Positions 58,931-64,000 of a DNA stretch of 64,000 nt are shown piece after piece. The notes beneath the pieces were generated by a model. That model searched no databases and was not told where the DNA came from. It worked only from the letters and a program-made list of their open reading frames with translations. The DNA is taken from NCBI GenBank assembly GCA_947632115.1, contig CANROB010000005.1, forward strand, positions 7,430 to 71,429, given 5' to 3'. Position 1 is the first letter of the stretch; each line of letters starts with the position of its first letter. The translations under genes were made by a program, and so were the position numbers. The stretch is from an uncultured Bacilli bacterium. Lineage in GTDB: Bacteria > Bacillota_I > Bacilli_A > RF39 > UBA660.

Positions 58931-59721
58931 TACAAGTAGTAGGTATAAATTTTAAAAAGAATGGGAAAGTTTATCATTTTTCGCCAAATGCCTTAGAGCT
59001 TCATCCTGGGGATGAGGTTGTAGTAGAAACAGAACGTGGATATCAATACGGTTTTGTAGTAACAGATCCTTATGAGATAGAAGATCGAAACTTAAAATCT
59101 GCTTTAAGTAATATCGTTCGCGTTGCTACCAAAGAAGATAAAAAGAAATACGAAAAAAATTTGGAAGATGAGAAAAAAGCTTTAAAAAAGTGTCGTGATT
59201 TAATCGATAAATATAAATTAAATATGTATGTGATTGATGCTAGTTTCACGTTAGACAGATCTCAACTTTATTTTCGCTTTATGGCTGATGAAAGAGTAGA
59301 TTTTAGATCGCTAGCGAAAGATTTAGCGAATGTCTATAAGACAAGAATTGAACTTCATCAAGTTGGTGTTCGTGATAAAGCTAAGGAAGTTGGCGGATAT
59401 GGCTCTTGTGGTAGACCTCTTTGCTGCGCTAAATTTTTATCTGACTTTGATTCTGTTTCCATTAATATGGCTAAAAATCAAAATATTGCTTTAAATCCTA
59501 GTAAAATAAATGGTGCCTGTGGAAGACTTCTTTGCTGTTTAAAATATGAAGATGAAAATTATCAAGAACTTCGTAAAGGACTTCCTAAAGTAGGAAAAAA
59601 AGTAATGACTGACCAAGGCGAGGGAAAAGTGGTTAGTGTAGATATTTTAAGAGGAACTTATCGTGTTTTTATTCCTGATGTTGGTATGATTGATTTAGAG
59701 AAAGAGAAAGATGAAAGTTAA
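58927..59721 (+). CDS. ricT: PSP1/YaaT (RicT) protein
   Basis: VVVETERG, RVDFR.L.KDL, GSCGRPLCC, GACGRLLCCLKYE. Confidence 0.92.
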   Translation: MIQVVGINFKKNGKVYHFSPNALELHPGDEVVVETERGYQYGFVVTDPYEIEDRNLKSALSNIVRVATKEDKKKYEKNLEDEKKALKKCRDLIDKYKLNMYVIDASFTLDRSQLYFRFMADERVDFRSLAKDLANVYKTRIELHQVGVRDKAKEVGGYGSCGRPLCCAKFLSDFDSVSINMAKNQNIALNPSKINGACGRLLCCLKYEDENYQELRKGLPKVGKKVMTDQGEGKVVSVDILRGTYRVFIPDVGMIDLEKEKDES

Positions 59722-60436
59722 AAATTATTTATTAGGGTATAAAAATCTCTACATTTATCAGGATAAAAGTATGTTTCTTTTTTCTTTGGATTCTATTCTT
59801 CTTCCAAACTTTATTACTTTGCCAAGAAAAACGAAAAAAATATTAGATATAGGGACAGGAAATGCCCCTATTCCTTTGATTTTATCAACAAAAGTAGATT
59901 GTCCTATTCTAGGAGTAGAAATTCAAAAAGAGGTAGCTTCTTTAGCAAAAGAATCGGTTGCTTTAAATCATTTAGAGCATCAAATAACCATTATCGAAGG
60001 AGATATTAAGGAAGTCGCTAAAACATTAGAAGAGGGCTCTTTTGATGTCATTACTTGTAATCCTCCTTATTTTAAATATCAAGAATCTTCTTTGGTAAAT
60101 GAAAGTGATTATAAGACAATTGCCCGTCATGAAGTATTTTTAAATTTAGAACAGGTAATCTCTATTAGTAGTAAGTTATTAAGTACGAATGGTGTATTTG
60201 GTTTAGTCCATCGTCCAGAAAGACTTTTAGATGTTCTTTATCTGATGAGAAAATATCAAATAGAACCTAAAAGAATAGAATTTGTTTATCCTCATCCCGG
60301 GGAAGAAGCAAATATTTTGTTAATTGAAGGAAGAAAACAAGGTCGACCTGGTTTAAAGGTTTTACCGCCTTTATATACTCATCAAGAAGATGGAACGTAT
60401 ACAGAAGAAGTAAAAAAATATTTTGAAAATAATTGA
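59711..60436 (+). CDS. tRNA1(Val) A37 N6-methyltransferase (YabB)
   Basis: FSLDSILL, LDIGTGN, CNPPYF, IARHE, VHRPERL. Confidence 0.9.
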   Translation: MKVKNYLLGYKNLYIYQDKSMFLFSLDSILLPNFITLPRKTKKILDIGTGNAPIPLILSTKVDCPILGVEIQKEVASLAKESVALNHLEHQITIIEGDIKEVAKTLEEGSFDVITCNPPYFKYQESSLVNESDYKTIARHEVFLNLEQVISISSKLLSTNGVFGLVHRPERLLDVLYLMRKYQIEPKRIEFVYPHPGEEANILLIEGRKQGRPGLKVLPPLYTHQEDGTYTEEVKKYFENN

Positions 60437-60445
60437 GGTGATTTT

Positions 60446-61294
60446 ATGTCTCAAAAAAGTTATGATAATAGTCCTACTCTTTATTTAATTCCAACACCTA
60501 TTGGCAATATGGATGATCTTACTTATCGAACGGTAAAAATATTAGAGATGGTAGATGTTTTATTTTGTGAAGATACGAGAGAAACAGGCCTTCTTTTAAA
60601 TTATTTAGGAATGAAAAAAAAGTTAATTGCTAATCATGAATATAATGAGATAAATAATCATGAGAAAGTACTAGAATACTTAAAAGATGGAAAGATGGTT
60701 GGGCTTGTAAGTGATCGGGGAACTCCCGTTATTAGTGACCCAGGATACGAGCTTGCTAGATATGTAATAGATGCAGGATATAATGTTGTTTCTCTACCTG
60801 GTGCTACTGCTTTAATTCCAGCTTTAATTACTTCTGGTCTTGCGCCAATGCCATTTTTATTCTATGGCTTTTTAAATAGTAAAAAATCAAAAAGAGAACA
60901 AGAATTAGAAAATCTAAAAAATGAACGGGCAACGATGATTTTTTATGAAGCACCTCATAGAATTGAAGATACACTAAACTCCCTATTGCAGGTTTTGGGA
61001 AATAGAAAAATCAGTATTTCCCGGGAAATAACCAAAAAATATGAGGAAATCTATCGGGGAAATATTAGTAATATTTTACCATTAACCCCTGAAATGAAAG
61101 GGGAAATCGTCATCGTAGTAGAGGGAAATAAAGAGACAAAAGATTTTTCTGGTTTGTCTATCGTGGAACATGTGAATCTTTATATTAGTGATGGCCTTTC
61201 TAAAATGGATGCGATAAAACAAGTAGCAAAAGAACGGGATAGAAAAAAAAGTGAAGTTTATGAGGAATACTTGAAGGGGGAAGAACACTCATGA
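60446..61294 (+). CDS. rsmI: 16S rRNA C1402 2'-O-methyltransferase
   Basis: PTPIGN, CEDTR, VSDRGTPVISDPG, YEAPHR, REITKKYEE. Confidence 0.96.
   Translation: MSQKSYDNSPTLYLIPTPIGNMDDLTYRTVKILEMVDVLFCEDTRETGLLLNYLGMKKKLIANHEYNEINNHEKVLEYLKDGKMVGLVSDRGTPVISDPGYELARYVIDAGYNVVSLPGATALIPALITSGLAPMPFLFYGFLNSKKSKREQELENLKNERATMIFYEAPHRIEDTLNSLLQVLGNRKISISREITKKYEEIYRGNISNILPLTPEMKGEIVIVVEGNKETKDFSGLSIVEHVNLYISDGLSKMDAIKQVAKERDRKKSEVYEEYLKGEEHS
61015..61030. promoter_or_regulatory. Perfect Noc-binding site (NBS) inside rsmI
   Basis: TATTTCCCGGGAAATA, the B. subtilis NBS consensus palindrome. Confidence 0.75.
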
Positions 61295-61851
61295 AATTGA
61301 TAGTTGGCTTAGGAAATCCCGGAAAAGAATATGAAAATACAAGACATAATGTTGGCTTTATGGCCCTAGATAGGATTGCTTCTTTTTTAGGAGTTTCTTT
61401 TACAAAAGAAAAATTTCAAGGCCTTTATGGGGAAGTAGTCTATGAAGGAGAAAAATATTTATTATTAAAGCCACAAAAATATATGAATTTATCGGGAGAA
61501 GTGGTTGCTGATTTTGTTCATTTTTTTAAGATAGATTTATCAGATATTTTAATTCTTTATGATGATTTAGATACTCCATTAGGAAATATTCGCCTGCGTT
61601 CTAAAGGAAGTAGCGGGGGACATAACGGAATTAAAAATATTGAAATGCATCTAGGAACGAATGAATATAATCGTATTAAATTTGGCATTTCTAATGATTT
61701 AAAAATGGATACAAAAGATTATGTATTAGGTCATTTTTCAAAAGAGGAAAAAGAGATTTTAGATAAAACGTTAGATCAAGTAGTAAATATTTTTAAAGAT
61801 TATAATCAATTAACATTCACGAATTTAATGAATAAATATAATGGTAAATAG
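61291..61851 (+). CDS. pth: Peptidyl-tRNA hydrolase
   Basis: GLGNPG, TRHNVGF, YMNLSG, DDLD, GGHNGIK. Confidence 0.97.
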   Translation: MKLIVGLGNPGKEYENTRHNVGFMALDRIASFLGVSFTKEKFQGLYGEVVYEGEKYLLLKPQKYMNLSGEVVADFVHFFKIDLSDILILYDDLDTPLGNIRLRSKGSSGGHNGIKNIEMHLGTNEYNRIKFGISNDLKMDTKDYVLGHFSKEEKEILDKTLDQVVNIFKDYNQLTFTNLMNKYNGK

Positions 61852-61888
61852 TTTATTTATCATTTTTTCCGTGTAGGAAGGAGAAACT

Positions 61889-64000
61889 ATGAAAAATTTC
61901 TTTTCCGTTTTTAAGGATACCGATCTTTCTTTTGATGAAGAAGGAATATCTGGTTTAACTCCTGAATTGAAAGTTCAGTATATAACAAAAAGATTAGAGA
62001 ATTGTGAAAACTCTATTGTTTTTGTCTGCGCTTCTTTATATGAAGCTAATACGTATTTTCAAAAATTTCTAAACTATACGAATTCTGTATACTTTTTCCC
62101 GATGGATGACTTTTTAACGAGTGAGGCCTTGGCCATTTCACCAGAACTTAAAATAACTAGGTTAGAAACTTTAAAAAAAGTAGCCGAAGAAAAATGTATT
62201 ATTGTAACTAATTTAATGGGATACCTTCGGTTTTTACCTCCTAAAAAGATTTATTTAGATAGTTATATCTCTTTAAAAGTAAATGAAGAAATAGAAATTT
62301 CTAAATTAGTTGAAAAACTTTATACGATTGGATATACAAGAGAAACGGTTGTTAATAAAACAGGAGAAGTTGCTGTTCGGGGATATGTTTTAGATATTTT
62401 TCCTATTGCGAAAGAAAATCCAATTCGTATCGAATTTTGGGGAGATACCATTGAAAGCATTCGCGAATTTAATGTTGAGACGCAACTTACGGTTGCGCCA
62501 TTAAAAGAAGTTTCTATTTCTCCTAATACCGAATTTTTAACAGGAAAATCGGTCGATGCTTTAGAAAAACAAAAAAACTTAATAAACTATGTAACACCCA
62601 CTCATCTTTATGATTATGTTGAAAAACCACTTGTTGTTTTTAATGATTATCAAAATATCGAAGCTAGTGTGAATCTTTTATTTGAGGAGATCGAAGAATA
62701 TCGAAAAAATAATGATGAACCTGCCTCTTTAGAATATATGTTTCCTTTTACGATTCCTAAAGATGTCCTTTATTTTTTGAATTTTGATAACGACCTTTCT
62801 ACTATTCACAAAAAGAAAAATTATCAAGCTTATACTATTGATAATTTTCAAGGAAAACAAAGTGATATTAATAAACGACTTAATCAATATCTAAAAGATG
62901 GCTATCTAGTAATTATTGCTATTAATAATCGTTATTTAGCTAATAAATTATTAGATTATTTAGAAAATCCATTTCTTGTTTTAACTTCTTTTCAAGAGTT
63001 ATTTCCGGATAAGATTAATGTTGTTTTATCTAAGATATCAGAAGGATATATCTTCCATAATTATGTAGTAATTAGTGAAAAAGAAATATTTAATAAAAAA
63101 GAAGAAATAACTGCCTATAAAACAAACTTTAAAATTGGTAGTAAAGTTCGGGATATTAATAAATTAGAAATTGGAGATTATATTGTCCACAATGTCCATG
63201 GTATTGGAAGATACTGTGGTATTAAAACGCTTACGAAGAATGGTCTTCAAAAAGATTATTTAATGCTAGAATATAAAGGTGGCGATAAACTTTATATTCC
63301 CGTTGAAAAACTAGAATTAATTAGTAAATATTCTTCTTCCTCTGGTGTTGCTCCTAGGTTAAATAAACTAGGGGGAGTTGAATGGCAAAAGACGAAATTA
63401 AGAGTCAAAGAAAAACTAGAAAATATTGCCTCAGAACTATTAGAACTATATGCTTTGCGTGAGAGTACAGAAGGTTTTGCTTTTCAAAAAGATGGGGAAG
63501 AACAAGTTGAATTTGAAAAAGAATTTGTGTATGAAGAAACACAAGATCAGCTTAGAGTCATTGATGAAATAAAAAAGGATATGGAAAGCAATCATCCTAT
63601 GGATCGTCTTCTTTGTGGAGATGTTGGATATGGAAAAACAGAAGTTGCTTTTCGGGCTATTTTTAAAGCCATTTTATCTGGAAAACAAGTAGCCTTTTTA
63701 TGTCCAACAACGATTCTTTCAAATCAACACTACCATAATGCTATCGAACGTTTTAAAAACTTTCCTTTAGAAATTGAACTGATGAATCGTTTTGTATCAC
63801 CAAAAAAGCAAAAGGAAATTATTGAACGTTTAAAAGAGGGGAAAATTGATTTATTAATTGGAACCCATCGCTTATTAAGTGATGATATTGAATTTAAAAA
63901 TCTAGGTCTTCTTATCATTGATGAGGAGCAAAGATTTGGTGTTAAACACAAAGAAAAAATTAAACAATATAAAAATAATATTGATGTTTTAACCCTTTCT
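61889..64000 (+). CDS. mfd: Transcription-repair coupling factor (partial, runs off right edge)
   Basis: ATG at 61889 after AAGGAG; hand translation shows GEVAVRGYVLDIFP, GDYIVHNVHGIGRY, MDRLLCGDVGYGKTEVA, IGTHRLL, DEEQRFGV. Confidence 0.95.
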   Translation, partial: MKNFFSVFKDTDLSFDEEGISGLTPELKVQYITKRLENCENSIVFVCASLYEANTYFQKFLNYTNSVYFFPMDDFLTSEALAISPELKITRLETLKKVAEEKCIIVTNLMGYLRFLPPKKIYLDSYISLKVNEEIEISKLVEKLYTIGYTRETVVNKTGEVAVRGYVLDIFPIAKENPIRIEFWGDTIESIREFNVETQLTVAPLKEVSISPNTEFLTGKSVDALEKQKNLINYVTPTHLYDYVEKPLVVFNDYQNIEASVNLLFEEIEEYRKNNDEPASLEYMFPFTIPKDVLYFLNFDNDLSTIHKKKNYQAYTIDNFQGKQSDINKRLNQYLKDGYLVIIAINNRYLANKLLDYLENPFLVLTSFQELFPDKINVVLSKISEGYIFHNYVVISEKEIFNKKEEITAYKTNFKIGSKVRDINKLEIGDYIVHNVHGIGRYCGIKTLTKNGLQKDYLMLEYKGGDKLYIPVEKLELISKYSSSSGVAPRLNKLGGVEWQKTKLRVKEKLENIASELLELYALRESTEGFAFQKDGEEQVEFEKEFVYEETQDQLRVIDEIKKDMESNHPMDRLLCGDVGYGKTEVAFRAIFKAILSGKQVAFLCPTTILSNQHYHNAIERFKNFPLEIELMNRFVSPKKQKEIIERLKEGKIDLLIGTHRLLSDDIEFKNLGLLIIDEEQRFGVKHKEKIKQYKNNIDVLTLS

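Noticed and set aside
1-64000. CRISPR arrays, tRNA or rRNA genes
   Set aside because: No regularly spaced repeats, cloverleaf/T-loop motifs or rRNA-like segments found by eye

Overview
AT-rich chromosomal segment of a genome-reduced, cell-walled, probably spore-forming Bacilli lineage (RF39/Erysipelotrichia-like by gene content; this placement is inference; TGA is used as stop). The window spans the replication origin. Genes left of ~45.1 kb are almost all on the minus strand (typA, rpmE, murA, fba, spoIIR, rlmH, walJ, dnaB, rplI, whiA, yvcK, lgt, uvrB, noc, rsmG, mnmG, mnmE, pta, jag, yidC, rnpA, rpmH). Genes to the right are on the plus strand (dnaA, dnaN, comK-like, recF, gyrB, gyrA, SRP RNA, tadA, dnaX, recR, bofA, holB, ricT, rsmI, pth, mfd). 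Most notable: (1) a ~300-nt highly base-paired orphan RNA with its own promoter and terminator at 721-1029; (2) an accessory block at 23.7-30.6 kb with a HipA-like kinase/metallophosphoesterase pair and a 1329-aa helical-repeat + ADP-ribosyltransferase-like + dead HD-domain protein flanked by a pseudo-zincin and a small acidic ORF; (3) a Noc-like protein lacking the membrane helix but carrying a ~320-aa Pro/Glu-rich insert, with NBS half-sites in its own promoter and a perfect NBS in rsmI; (4) an oriC built from TTATGCACA boxes; (5) a comK-like gene inside the dnaN-recF cluster; (6) a minimal SRP RNA bracketed by two parS sites. All assignments come from motif reading by eye; no database searches were run.
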